Below the pieces are notes generated by a model that worked only from the letters and a program-made list of their open reading frames with translations, ran no database searches and was not told the origin of the DNA. A stretch of DNA of 64,000 nt from an uncultured Gammaproteobacteria bacterium. Its GTDB lineage: Bacteria; Patescibacteriota; Patescibacteriia; Magasanikbacterales; GWA2-37-8. The stretch spans positions 332,537-396,536 of the forward strand of contig CAYHBZ010000002.1 in assembly GCA_964355175.1 (NCBI GenBank), in the 5' to 3' direction. The translations under genes were made by a program, and so were the position numbers. Positions within the stretch are counted from its first letter, which is position 1. Each line of letters opens with the position of its first letter. This document shows positions 37,656 to 46,369 of this stretch, one piece after another.

Positions 37656-38265
37656 ATTTCCAAGTTAGTGAATCGTTATTTTTTAAAATATAATTTGAGA
37701 TGCCCGTTTGCGCCGGTTTGCTATTGAGGTAGTAGATCCAGTATTTGCCGGCATTCTTATCGGTTTTGACTCCATCGATTTCATCTACGAAATATCCTAG
37801 GCTAGAAAATGGTTTGAAAATGGCAGTGATTTTTTTCTCGTCTACCAGCTGTGCCATCGCGTCATAGGCCGTAGATTTTTCGGCCATCAGCAATGAATAG
37901 TTTTGGCCGTTAATTATTATCGTAACACTCAGAGTATTTTTTTCTGGAATTGGAGTGGTGGTTGGGGTGGCTTCGGAAGGTGTGTCAGTCGCCACGTTAG
38001 AATTTTTTTGTTCAGGCTGTCTGGTTTCTTTTTTCTGTTCCGGTACGGTCAGAGTGGTGTTGGTGGCGACATCAGACCAAGGCAGACTTTGCGCCACAGG
38101 AGCGGGCGAGACTGGTTTGGGTGTCGCGGCTTTATTTGGCAGTAGCAGATAGGCGCCGCTAGCTAGGGCCATGAATATTAGGACCATCCAGAGCCGCGTT
38201 AGGTGTTTGTTATGCATATTGTTATTTAAAAAAGAAAAAACCCTTTCCCGGGAGAAAAGATTCAA
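37636..38265 (-). CDS. secreted/anchored DUF4430-domain protein (transcobalamin beta-domain-like)
   Basis: C-terminal ..SAYDAMAQLVDEKK..GYFVDEIDG..KYWIYYLNS..WKYEV.. matches the DUF4430 pattern. N-terminal TM helix and a Pro/Thr-rich linker. Overlaps the start of the giant surface-protein gene by 20 nt. Confidence 0.55.
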   Translation of the reverse strand: MNLFSRERVFSFLNNNMHNKHLTRLWMVLIFMALASGAYLLLPNKAATPKPVSPAPVAQSLPWSDVATNTTLTVPEQKKETRQPEQKNSNVATDTPSEATPTTTPIPEKNTLSVTIIINGQNYSLLMAEKSTAYDAMAQLVDEKKITAIFKPFSSLGYFVDEIDGVKTDKNAGKYWIYYLNSKPAQTGISNYILKNNDSLTWKYEVPQF

Positions 38266-38447
38266 AAATAGAACATTCCTGCTCGGGAAGAACTATTATT
38301 TGAAGACCGGACTTGTTCTCGACTTAGTCGAGACTTTACCGTTGCGGCACAGTGGAGGAATTGACCTCACTTCCACAAATAATAGGTTAAATTGTATGTA
38401 TAAACTATCAGGGTTCTAAGGCACTGTCAAAGCGGGTGTGGATAAGT

Positions 38448-38711
38448 TTAGGCGCGACGACCTCTAAAATAACTGCCCCATTCACGGCGTTTTTGAGCTT
38501 CGGGGTCTTCATCTTTGTCATCGTCTAGTTCTGGTGCGGGTGCACTATATCGGGCCATTACTTCAGATACCGGCGGCATTTTTACCTCTTTGTGAGGTGC
38601 GGTAGGCGACTTGATTTCGGATTTAGATGCATCTGGTTTTAGGGCTAAGTTGCCGTCAAAAGGCAGATCAATTTGTTTTTCATTTCTAGGTGTTGGTTTT
38701 CGCATCGTCAT
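38448..38711 (-). CDS. small basic hypothetical protein
   Basis: 87-aa ORF between the GT2 gene and the DUF4430 gene, co-oriented with both. Confidence 0.3.
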   Translation of the reverse strand: MTMRKPTPRNEKQIDLPFDGNLALKPDASKSEIKSPTAPHKEVKMPPVSEVMARYSAPAPELDDDKDEDPEAQKRREWGSYFRGRRA

Positions 38712-39415
38712 ATTTTTTTAAATTTTAATTTAAAAATAATAACAAAAAATTCTTTAATTTCTTTTTTACCGAGTTTGGATTTGCCGCGCTCCCTATCTTT
38801 AAAGGTAACAGGAATTTCTTCAATTGTAAAGCCGGATTTTTCGGTGCGGTAAAGAAGCTCTTCTTGGAAAGCGTAGCCGTTGCTTTTGATGGTATCCACA
38901 TTAATTTTTTCTAGCACTGCGCGTCGAAAACAGCGGAAGCCGGCAGTGATGTCGTGGGTTTTAAGTCCAAGTATGAAGCGGGCAAAAAACATAGCGCCGT
39001 TGCTCATGAGATGTCGTTTAAAATTCCAGCCAATAATTTTCCCACCTTTAATTTTTCGAGAGCCAATAGCCAAGTCGGCGCCATTTTCACAAGCGGCGAT
39101 AAGGCGCGGCAAATCTTTTGGATCATGCGAAAAATCCGCGTCCATTTCCAGGATTAGCCCGGCATTTAGAGATAGGGCTTTTTTAAAGCCGGCGATATAG
39201 GCACTACCAATACCGAGTTTGCCGTTGCGGCGGACTAAATATAAATCTGGGTACATGGTTTGGGCTTGGGCGACAGCATCGGCGGTTTTATCCGGGGAAT
39301 TATCATCTACCACAATAATTTTTAGATCAGGAATTTTTAATAAAAAAATATCGTTTATCAATTGGACGATATTTTCTTTTTCGTTGTAGGTGGGGATGAC
39401 TATGGCTTTAATCAT
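38708..39415 (-). CDS. GT2 polyprenol-phosphate mannosyl/glucosyltransferase (DPM1-like)
   Basis: IVIPTYNEKENI .. IVVDDNSPDKT .. typical of dolichol-phosphate mannosyltransferase-like GT2 enzymes. Confidence 0.8.
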   Translation of the reverse strand: MIKAIVIPTYNEKENIVQLINDIFLLKIPDLKIIVVDDNSPDKTADAVAQAQTMYPDLYLVRRNGKLGIGSAYIAGFKKALSLNAGLILEMDADFSHDPKDLPRLIAACENGADLAIGSRKIKGGKIIGWNFKRHLMSNGAMFFARFILGLKTHDITAGFRCFRRAVLEKINVDTIKSNGYAFQEELLYRTEKSGFTIEEIPVTFKDRERGKSKLGKKEIKEFFVIIFKLKFKKI

Positions 39416-40296
39416 ATTTTTTTCAGGCGTTGTGCGCAGGCTACGGTATTGGCCAACAACAAGGCAACTGTAATCGGGCCGACGCCGCCAGGAGTAGGGG
39501 TAAGGTAAGTGGCTTTTTGGAGTACTTCCTCACGATTGACATCGCCGTACATTTTTCCATTTTCAAAAACAATCCCGGTGTCAATTACGATTGCTCCTTT
39601 TTTTACCATTGCACCAGTCAGTAAATCTTTTTTACCAACACCGGTGACGATGATATCCGCGCCAAAGCATTTGCCTTTTAGATCTTTGGTGCGGCTATTG
39701 CAGGTAGTCACGGTAGCGCCCTCATTGGCCAAAATTATGGCCAGTGGTTTGCCCACGAGCGCACCCATGCCAACAATAGTAATATTTTTGGAAGCAATTT
39801 CTATTTTTAATTCTTTTAAAATTGTAATAACGGCGTAAGGGGTGGGTGGAAAAATATGATTGGTGCGCATCACCAGTTTGCCGATATTGCTGTCGGTAAG
39901 GCAATCGACATCAATCGCTGGATTGACCGCGTTGAGCACGTCTGGGGTATACAATTTTTCTGGAAGAGGTAATTGGATTATCAGGCCGGATAATTTTTCT
40001 TTGGTCTGAATTTTTTTTACTTCCTCTACCAATTTTTTGGCGCTAATACTCGCGGGGAATCTTTTGAGAATGAATTCAATGCCAGCGGCTTGGGCGGCCT
40101 GCTGTTTTTTCATTACATAAGTTTCAGAAGGGCGGTGATTGCCAACCAAAACCACGCCTAGTTTAGGCGTTATTCCTTTTTTATTGAGTTTTTTTACTTC
40201 TAGCGCCAGCTGTTCGCGAATATTATTCGCGATAGCGGTGCCGTCAATTAGTTTTCCCATGGGGTTTATATTAGCACCTTTGCCATTTTTTTTCAA
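39412..40296 (-). CDS. folD: bifunctional methylenetetrahydrofolate dehydrogenase/cyclohydrolase
   Basis: Full-length FolD pattern (..KLIDGTAIA..PKLGVVLVGN..SETYV.., C-terminal PGGVGPITVALL). The true start is probably M13 (~40260). Confidence 0.9.
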   Translation of the reverse strand: MKKNGKGANINPMGKLIDGTAIANNIREQLALEVKKLNKKGITPKLGVVLVGNHRPSETYVMKKQQAAQAAGIEFILKRFPASISAKKLVEEVKKIQTKEKLSGLIIQLPLPEKLYTPDVLNAVNPAIDVDCLTDSNIGKLVMRTNHIFPPTPYAVITILKELKIEIASKNITIVGMGALVGKPLAIILANEGATVTTCNSRTKDLKGKCFGADIIVTGVGKKDLLTGAMVKKGAIVIDTGIVFENGKMYGDVNREEVLQKATYLTPTPGGVGPITVALLLANTVACAQRLKKI

Positions 40297-40386
40297 TTAT
40301 TTGCCTAAAACACCGCTCGTCCCTTTTTATTCCTAAACAAAAAACACTTCAGATTAATTATTTAAAATGAAGTGTTTTTTAATTTG

Positions 40387-40457
40387 TTCCGAGACTTGGA
40401 TTCGAACCAAGATAAATAGCTTCAGAGACTATTGTCCTACCATTAGACGATCTCGGA
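40387..40457 (-). tRNA. tRNA-Gln(CUG)
   Basis: Reverse complement folds with acceptor UCCGAGA/UCUCGGA, anticodon stem AUAGU/GCUAU with loop CUCUGAA, T-arm UUGGUUCGAAUCCAAG. Confidence 0.7.
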
Positions 40458-40500
40458 GTGAATGAGTGAAAGGGATTCTTCGTTTCACTCAGAATGACAG
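40458..40500. repeat. short intergenic repeat units abutting tRNA-Gln (GTGAATGAGTGAAAG + GGATTCTTCGTTTCACTCAGAATGACAG)
   Basis: Same motifs as at 31559, 62941 and 63003. Confidence 0.55.
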
Positions 40501-40536
40501 AATGTAGCCTAATTTAACTATATTTTAGGGCTTTTG

Positions 40537-41370
40537 TCAAGATTCTATTGCCGGTCCAGTTTTGAATTTTTGGATTGTTTTGCTTTCTACTACTTTGATT
40601 TGGTTCCATTTCCAGCCGCGGGCCAAAAATGCTTGGGCGCTGGCAATCGGATGTTTGGTATCATGGAAAATATAGTATACGGCCGGACTGGTTCTATCCT
40701 TCATTAATACTTTTGAATCGGTAAATAAGACGCGAGCGGGTCCGTCGGCCTTGTGATTTTTGAAATTAAAATCGTGAAGGGTGTTCATTATCAAATTATA
40801 GCCGTAGCGGTGGTAGGCTCCGGTCACGGGATCGCCACTATCATGTACTAAGAATTCATTGGTATTATCATCAAAACCAACCAGCACCATCACATGAAAA
40901 TAAGAGCCGCCAACTCGCCAATGGTGGTAGGGGTTTTTGATATCTTTGGCATAGTGAAAAGAAATTACCGGTTTTCCTCGACGTAATTGGTCTTTTATTT
41001 CTTCAATCGTTGGATTGTTTTTTATAGTGGCGCTTACCGACAGGTAATCATTGAGCAGTTTGGCGGTGCGCACGGTATCACTATCGGCGTTACTGCCAAA
41101 AATTTTATCTTCAATCTTAAAAATCGGCGTCATGTATTTGACGGCCACAGCTTTGGTCATAGATTCATTGCCGAAATAGTAACTTTCCGCCATCACCATG
41201 CTAGCTTCTTCACAAGCATTGTTCCAAGGTTTGACCCAGCTACCAAGCGGTATCTCTGAGGTATAAGGTACTTTGAGTTTTACGATTTCTTTTTCTTGGG
41301 CGTAGGCGGAGAAGGTCGGGAAAAGGAATGATGTAGAAATTAGGAAAGAGAGAAGAATTTGTTTTTTCAT
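40537..41370 (-). CDS. secreted C39-like papain-fold peptidase domain protein
   Basis: Signal peptide, a Cys near ..WNNACEEAS.. and His in ..SYFHVMVLVGFDDN.., consistent with a peptidase_C39_2-like catalytic dyad. Confidence 0.45.
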   Translation of the reverse strand: MKKQILLSFLISTSFLFPTFSAYAQEKEIVKLKVPYTSEIPLGSWVKPWNNACEEASMVMAESYYFGNESMTKAVAVKYMTPIFKIEDKIFGSNADSDTVRTAKLLNDYLSVSATIKNNPTIEEIKDQLRRGKPVISFHYAKDIKNPYHHWRVGGSYFHVMVLVGFDDNTNEFLVHDSGDPVTGAYHRYGYNLIMNTLHDFNFKNHKADGPARVLFTDSKVLMKDRTSPAVYYIFHDTKHPIASAQAFLARGWKWNQIKVVESKTIQKFKTGPAIES

Positions 41371-41373
41371 ATT

Positions 41374-42981
41374 TTATATTACTTCGCCGCCAAATTGGTT
41401 AGCCAAATTATTTAGTTCACTGTCGTTATTTGTATCTACTGCCGGTGCGGCAGTGAATTCAGAAATTACTCTTATTCTTTCGCCCAGTGATTTTTCCAGT
41501 TCATCTTCAATCAATTTTTTGCTTTTCATTTCATCTATTTTGTCTTTGTGTATCTGGTATTGAAAAGCGATATGTAAGCCGTCTCCTTCTACCGAATTTA
41601 GCGTGCACATTTTTAAAATAAAAGTTAAAGACGGTATGACTTTGGAAATGGCCGTTACAATTTCAGGCCATTTGGCTTTCACATCCTCCACGGTTGATTT
41701 TGGTGGATTTTTGTGGGTAAAGCTGCCAATAACTGTCTTTATGCTCTCTGTTATATTATACGGTTTTGCTTCAGGTTTAGTTTCAATTTTGGCTTCAAGA
41801 GCGCTAGGTTGAGCTGTAGGAGATGTGGTGTGCGCTGGAGTAGTAGTGTGAGTTGCGGCGGTAGCGACCGGAGTGGTGGATGTGTAAGTAGGCAGAGCTG
41901 AACCAAATTCCACTGCGAATAATTCCAGTGGTAATTGTGGTACTGGCGCTTGTTTGATCTCGCGTTTTCTCAGCAACGCGGATTCGATCATCGTGATAAT
42001 TTTTTGTGCCGGAATTTTTTCTGACAGTTCTTTTATTTGTTTGAGAGTTTCTTTGTCGGTGTTCAAGATATTTTTGATATCATAGCCGGTCTGCGCTATC
42101 AGAGTGCCGCGTAATATATCTATCAGGCTCAGGGTGAATTGTTCCAGATTGGCGCCGCTATTGGTGGCGGAATTAATTTGTTCGATTGCTTTGGCTGTAT
42201 CTGAATTTATGATACTGGACAAAAATTCCAATACCGCTCCAAAATCGGCGGATGGCAAAATCGCTTCGACATCTTTTTCATTTATTTCTTTCAAGTTGGT
42301 CGAAAAAATTTGACCAAGCAAACTTTCGGCATCACGCAGGCCGCCTTCGCTTTTGATAATAATTTTGTTAAGCACCTCTTTACTGACTTTTATTTTTTCT
42401 TCTTTACAAATCATCTCCAGTTTTTTTAGCATTTCCTCGGCTGTAATTTTTTTGAATCCAAAACGCTGACAGCGGGAGATGATCGTGGCTGGCAATTTTT
42501 GCAATTCGGTGGTAGCCAAAATAAATACTACATGAGCGGGTGGCTCTTCGATAGTTTTCAGCAGGGCATTGAAAGCACTACCGGACAACATGTGGACTTC
42601 GTCGATGATAAAAATTTTGTAAGTGGATCTGGTTGGTTTGAATTGCGCGTTGTCGATAATATTTTCACGGACATTGTCGACGCCGGTGTGAGAGGCGGCA
42701 TCAATCTCAATTACATCAATATTATTTCCAGCCGTAATTTCGGTACACGAAGAACATTCATTACATGGTTCAAATGAATCTTTTTTTCTATCGGGGCAGT
42801 TGAGAGCTTTACTCACGAGGCGAGCGGTAGTGGTTTTGCCTACGCCGCGCGGGCCGGTAAATAGATAAGCGTGCGCGATTTTGCCACTACTTATCTCGTT
42901 GGTAAGAGTTTTTACAATATATTCCTGATCGTGCATGTCAGCAAAAGTTTGCGGACGGTATTTTCTATAGATAGTTGTCAT
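41374..42981 (-). CDS. dnaX: DNA polymerase III subunits gamma/tau
   Basis: AAA+ P-loop GPRGVGKTT, zinc module CPDRKKDSFEPCNECSSC, SRC motif. Confidence 0.9.
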   Translation of the reverse strand: MTTIYRKYRPQTFADMHDQEYIVKTLTNEISSGKIAHAYLFTGPRGVGKTTTARLVSKALNCPDRKKDSFEPCNECSSCTEITAGNNIDVIEIDAASHTGVDNVRENIIDNAQFKPTRSTYKIFIIDEVHMLSGSAFNALLKTIEEPPAHVVFILATTELQKLPATIISRCQRFGFKKITAEEMLKKLEMICKEEKIKVSKEVLNKIIIKSEGGLRDAESLLGQIFSTNLKEINEKDVEAILPSADFGAVLEFLSSIINSDTAKAIEQINSATNSGANLEQFTLSLIDILRGTLIAQTGYDIKNILNTDKETLKQIKELSEKIPAQKIITMIESALLRKREIKQAPVPQLPLELFAVEFGSALPTYTSTTPVATAATHTTTPAHTTSPTAQPSALEAKIETKPEAKPYNITESIKTVIGSFTHKNPPKSTVEDVKAKWPEIVTAISKVIPSLTFILKMCTLNSVEGDGLHIAFQYQIHKDKIDEMKSKKLIEDELEKSLGERIRVISEFTAAPAVDTNNDSELNNLANQFGGEVI

Positions 42982-42992
42982 AGGGCTATATT

Positions 42993-45554
42993 CTACAGGG
43001 AAACTTCACTCATATCAATACCAGTAGTTGGCTTGGAAACACCCAGCTGGGCGCGTTCGGCAATTTCGGCTTCCACGATTTCACGCGCGCGTCCATATTT
43101 GAGACGAGAGAGCTCTTTTATCGCTTCGGCCAGTTCTTTATTGCCTGGTTTTGGCGGATAGGTCATCATGTTGAATGGTTTGGCGGCGGTGTTGTCGATC
43201 AATAATTTTGTATAGGCAGTATATTGCTCCACATTTACCAAATCATAGGCGGAGAAAACCGGAGCAAATTCTTTTTGTAAAATATCGGCGTCTTCCACAC
43301 CGATGCGGAAAGAAACAATGGTACCGGCGTTACCAAGTACGGCGTCGCGCACGGCGGATTTGCCTTTGTTATCTTCCAATTGTTTCATGTATTGATGGGC
43401 GATGATTAGTTCAAGACGATATTTACGCGCCTCGGAAAGAATGGTGGCGATAGAATCAGTAATAAAGTTTTGGAACTCATCAATATATAGATAGAAGTCA
43501 TGGCGCTGATCCTCGGGCATATTGGCGCGCTCTAGAGCAGCCATCTGTAATTTGGACACGATAATCATACCCAAAAGATTGGAGTTGATTTCGCCGGTCA
43601 AACCTTTGGCCAGATTTACAATCAAAATTTTCTTTTGATCCATCACTTCACGGAAATTAAAACCGGAATGAGATTGGCCAATAATATTACGCACCATCGC
43701 GTTTTCAGTAAAACGGCCTACTTTGGAAATCAAATAACCCAACATTTCTGATTTGTGAAAATCTGAAGTCTTGGCCATTTCTTTTTCCCAGAAAGCCAGT
43801 ACCACCGGATCGTTTAATTTCTTTTTCCATTTGGCTACATAAGTATCGTCGGTAAACATGCGTGGTACTTCGGCGATAGTGCCTGGAGTCTCCATATCAG
43901 CCATCAAAGTCAACATCACATTGCGCATTTGGTGTTCAAACATCGGGCCGATCATCGATGGGTCCGTCACCATTTTATAGAAGATTGCGATCATTTCCTG
44001 AGTAGCAAAATCTTTTTGTCCCTCGGTTTTTACTTCAAGCATATTCAGCCCTATTGGACGATCGGTATCGGATGGATTGAAATAAATAACATCATCCGCG
44101 CGTTCTTTTGGTACGTGTTGTAACACATATTCGGCAAAGTCACCGTGCGGATCGATAATACAAACACCTTCGCCGTTTTGCACATCCTGGATAGCAAGAT
44201 TTTGGATGAACACGGATTTACCGGAACCAGATTTACCAATGGTATAAAGATGGCGACGACGATCATCACGTTTCATTTTTACTATAATTTCCTGACCGCG
44301 ATAAACCGAACGGCCCAAAATAATACCATCGGTAGGCATGTTGGTTGGTGGGGGAGCTTTGCGTGCGCCGAGCCAGTTGATATGTGGAGTTTCGGTATTT
44401 GGTACTGGCATATGCCAGAGCGAGGCCATCTCTTCGGTATTTACTACCATATAACGATTCGCATCCGGGGAGCGGTAGATGGATTCGCGAATAATTTTAT
44501 TCTGATTTTTTGGTACGGCCGCGCCAAAGGAATTGCCGTAGCGATAGATATTATATTGCGAAAAAGAATTCACGATATTTTCCAAATTCATTTTGGCCTT
44601 TTGTTGGCTGTCGGAGGAGCTCACCAAGCGTACCGTTAATTCCAGCCCGCCGTGAGAAATTTTTTCTTCCATGGTTTTCACCATTTCTTCTTCCATTTGG
44701 GTGAGATGATATTCTTTGGCACCACCATGAGCCGCGTCTTTATTTTTTGGAAAAAGTATTTTACCCCATTTGCTCAGAGAGCGCACAAAGGCACTGCGAC
44801 GAGCGACATATTCAAATTTTTGTCCCTCGCGAATGTCGCGGATCATGTGCACGCCCTGTTTGCGCCATTTGGAGGTGGCCGGACGAACGATATATTGTAA
44901 CAACGCGCCTTCGTTTTCAGATATTTTGCTTAGTGGATTGAGGATCGACAAAAGAGGATCGGCATCCATTTTTTTGAAAGTTTTTAGCGGGAATGCCGAG
45001 CGGCTTTTGAGAAATAAAGAAGCGGCCATGATATGACTCTGTGGTTTGAAAAGATTATAATCGGTTTCCACGGAAATTTCAGCGTGCGGATATTGAGCGT
45101 GAATTTGTTGCTCCACAAAATCTTTCCATTTGTCTGGGATAGCGACATAAAAAGAAATTTTGGCGTCTTTGACTACGATTTCAAAAGACAGGTGATCATT
45201 GCGTCCAAAAAACCATTTGGAAAATCCTTTGTCGGCTTTGAGGCCGGCGATAGCCGAAAACATGGTATCGGCAATGGCAATATATTCGCGGGTCTGAGTA
45301 ATATTTTGTTCGTTGCCGGATTGATTTTGGGTACTGTCACTCTTTTTTTCTTTTGGCACTTTGATCAATATGATGGTGCGATGAAAGGCTTTGCCTTCGT
45401 GATTGGTGGCCTGAAAAATCGCTCGCGCTAAAAATATCAAACCAATAAGCACGGCCCAACCGGCTACAAACAAAAAGCCGGCCAAGAATACAGGCTGTTG
45501 AATTCCATCCGCGAACCAGTTGGATAGGTATGTAAATAGGGAGCCGGAGTCCAT
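42993..45554 (-). CDS. TraD/TraG/VirD4-family type IV secretion coupling-protein-like ATPase with a large N-terminal membrane-anchored domain
   Basis: Walker A (YTIGKSGSGKS), Walker B (LYIDEFQNF), and a C-terminal TraG-D_C-like region (..IIAHQYMKQLED..GNAGTIVSFRIG..). The N-terminal ~450 aa is paralogous to ORF 31825..33249. Confidence 0.7.
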   Translation of the reverse strand: MDSGSLFTYLSNWFADGIQQPVFLAGFLFVAGWAVLIGLIFLARAIFQATNHEGKAFHRTIILIKVPKEKKSDSTQNQSGNEQNITQTREYIAIADTMFSAIAGLKADKGFSKWFFGRNDHLSFEIVVKDAKISFYVAIPDKWKDFVEQQIHAQYPHAEISVETDYNLFKPQSHIMAASLFLKSRSAFPLKTFKKMDADPLLSILNPLSKISENEGALLQYIVRPATSKWRKQGVHMIRDIREGQKFEYVARRSAFVRSLSKWGKILFPKNKDAAHGGAKEYHLTQMEEEMVKTMEEKISHGGLELTVRLVSSSDSQQKAKMNLENIVNSFSQYNIYRYGNSFGAAVPKNQNKIIRESIYRSPDANRYMVVNTEEMASLWHMPVPNTETPHINWLGARKAPPPTNMPTDGIILGRSVYRGQEIIVKMKRDDRRRHLYTIGKSGSGKSVFIQNLAIQDVQNGEGVCIIDPHGDFAEYVLQHVPKERADDVIYFNPSDTDRPIGLNMLEVKTEGQKDFATQEMIAIFYKMVTDPSMIGPMFEHQMRNVMLTLMADMETPGTIAEVPRMFTDDTYVAKWKKKLNDPVVLAFWEKEMAKTSDFHKSEMLGYLISKVGRFTENAMVRNIIGQSHSGFNFREVMDQKKILIVNLAKGLTGEINSNLLGMIIVSKLQMAALERANMPEDQRHDFYLYIDEFQNFITDSIATILSEARKYRLELIIAHQYMKQLEDNKGKSAVRDAVLGNAGTIVSFRIGVEDADILQKEFAPVFSAYDLVNVEQYTAYTKLLIDNTAAKPFNMMTYPPKPGNKELAEAIKELSRLKYGRAREIVEAEIAERAQLGVSKPTTGIDMSEVSL

Positions 45555-45562
45555 CTTCTTAA

Positions 45563-46129
45563 TTATAATAATTTATCGGATTGTTTTTCTTTTTCCATTT
45601 TGTGTAATTGTACCATGCTGTCGGTTTTTATTTTTGCTTCTTGTTCCAAGAAAAATTTATTGAGACCAGGCAGGACTTTGAGCCAATCGATTATCAAAAG
45701 TAAAATCTTTTTTACTTTTATATGCGTGTCTTGCAAAAGCTCTTTAATTTTTATGGCGGTTTCTTCGCCCTTGATCTTGAATTCTTGCTTGGCAATGGGG
45801 GATAGCTTTATGTATTGATCGGCCAATCCGCTTTCTAATATTTTTTCAATTTTTATTACAGTCGGATCCTGGACTTGGGGTAGGGGTTTGTGGTGTTTTT
45901 TTACGGCCAAAGGAGCGGGACGACGCTGGGCGCCTTCTTGAGTTCTTTTTTTGTCTTCTACCGGAGTATTTTCGGTTTTTTCGTTTTCGTGATTTTGCTC
46001 CTGTTCGGACTGTTCTTGTACATGCAAATCACGCGAGCGAGCAAACTCCTCGCTTAGGTTGTCTAAATTTTTATCATTCATAGTTGGGAATATTATACCA
46101 TTATTTTTATTAAAACAAAAGCAAAGCAT
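45563..46129 (-). CDS. charged hypothetical protein, co-directional and immediately upstream of the TraD-like gene
   Basis: 188-aa ORF (more likely starting at MNDKNL, ~46081). An 8-nt gap to the downstream gene suggests co-transcription. Confidence 0.4.
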   Translation of the reverse strand: MLCFCFNKNNGIIFPTMNDKNLDNLSEEFARSRDLHVQEQSEQEQNHENEKTENTPVEDKKRTQEGAQRRPAPLAVKKHHKPLPQVQDPTVIKIEKILESGLADQYIKLSPIAKQEFKIKGEETAIKIKELLQDTHIKVKKILLLIIDWLKVLPGLNKFFLEQEAKIKTDSMVQLHKMEKEKQSDKLL

Positions 46130-46178
46130 CTCGGGTTGTGGATTGTTCGTGGCTCCGTTTTATGGTATAATTATTTTA

Positions 46179-46344
46179 AGAAATAAATCTAATAATTTTT
46201 ACCTGATAAAAGTTCGCATAATTGGCTATAAATTTTCGTTATGGCCCTAAGGGTAGGGCCATTGCCCTATCGGGCATCACTCAAATTTATTTACGCCAAT
46301 TAGGGGCTCACTTTTATGCGGTAAAAATTATTAAATTTATTTCT
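46179..46344. repeat. ~145-nt structured repeat (MITE-like / candidate structured RNA), copy 1
   Basis: Core TTTACCTGATAAAAGTTCGCATAATTGGCTATAAATTTTCGTTA..GCCCTA..GGGC..CACTCAAATTTATTTACGCCAATTAGGGGCTCACTTTTATG.GGTAAAA. About 93% identical to copy 2 at 54090-54255. The terminal 24-bp inverted repeat is GAAATAAATCTAATAATTTTTACC / GGTAAAAATTATTAAATTTATTTC. Confidence 0.6.
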
Positions 46345-46369
46345 TAAAATAATTGTCAACTTTAAAATA

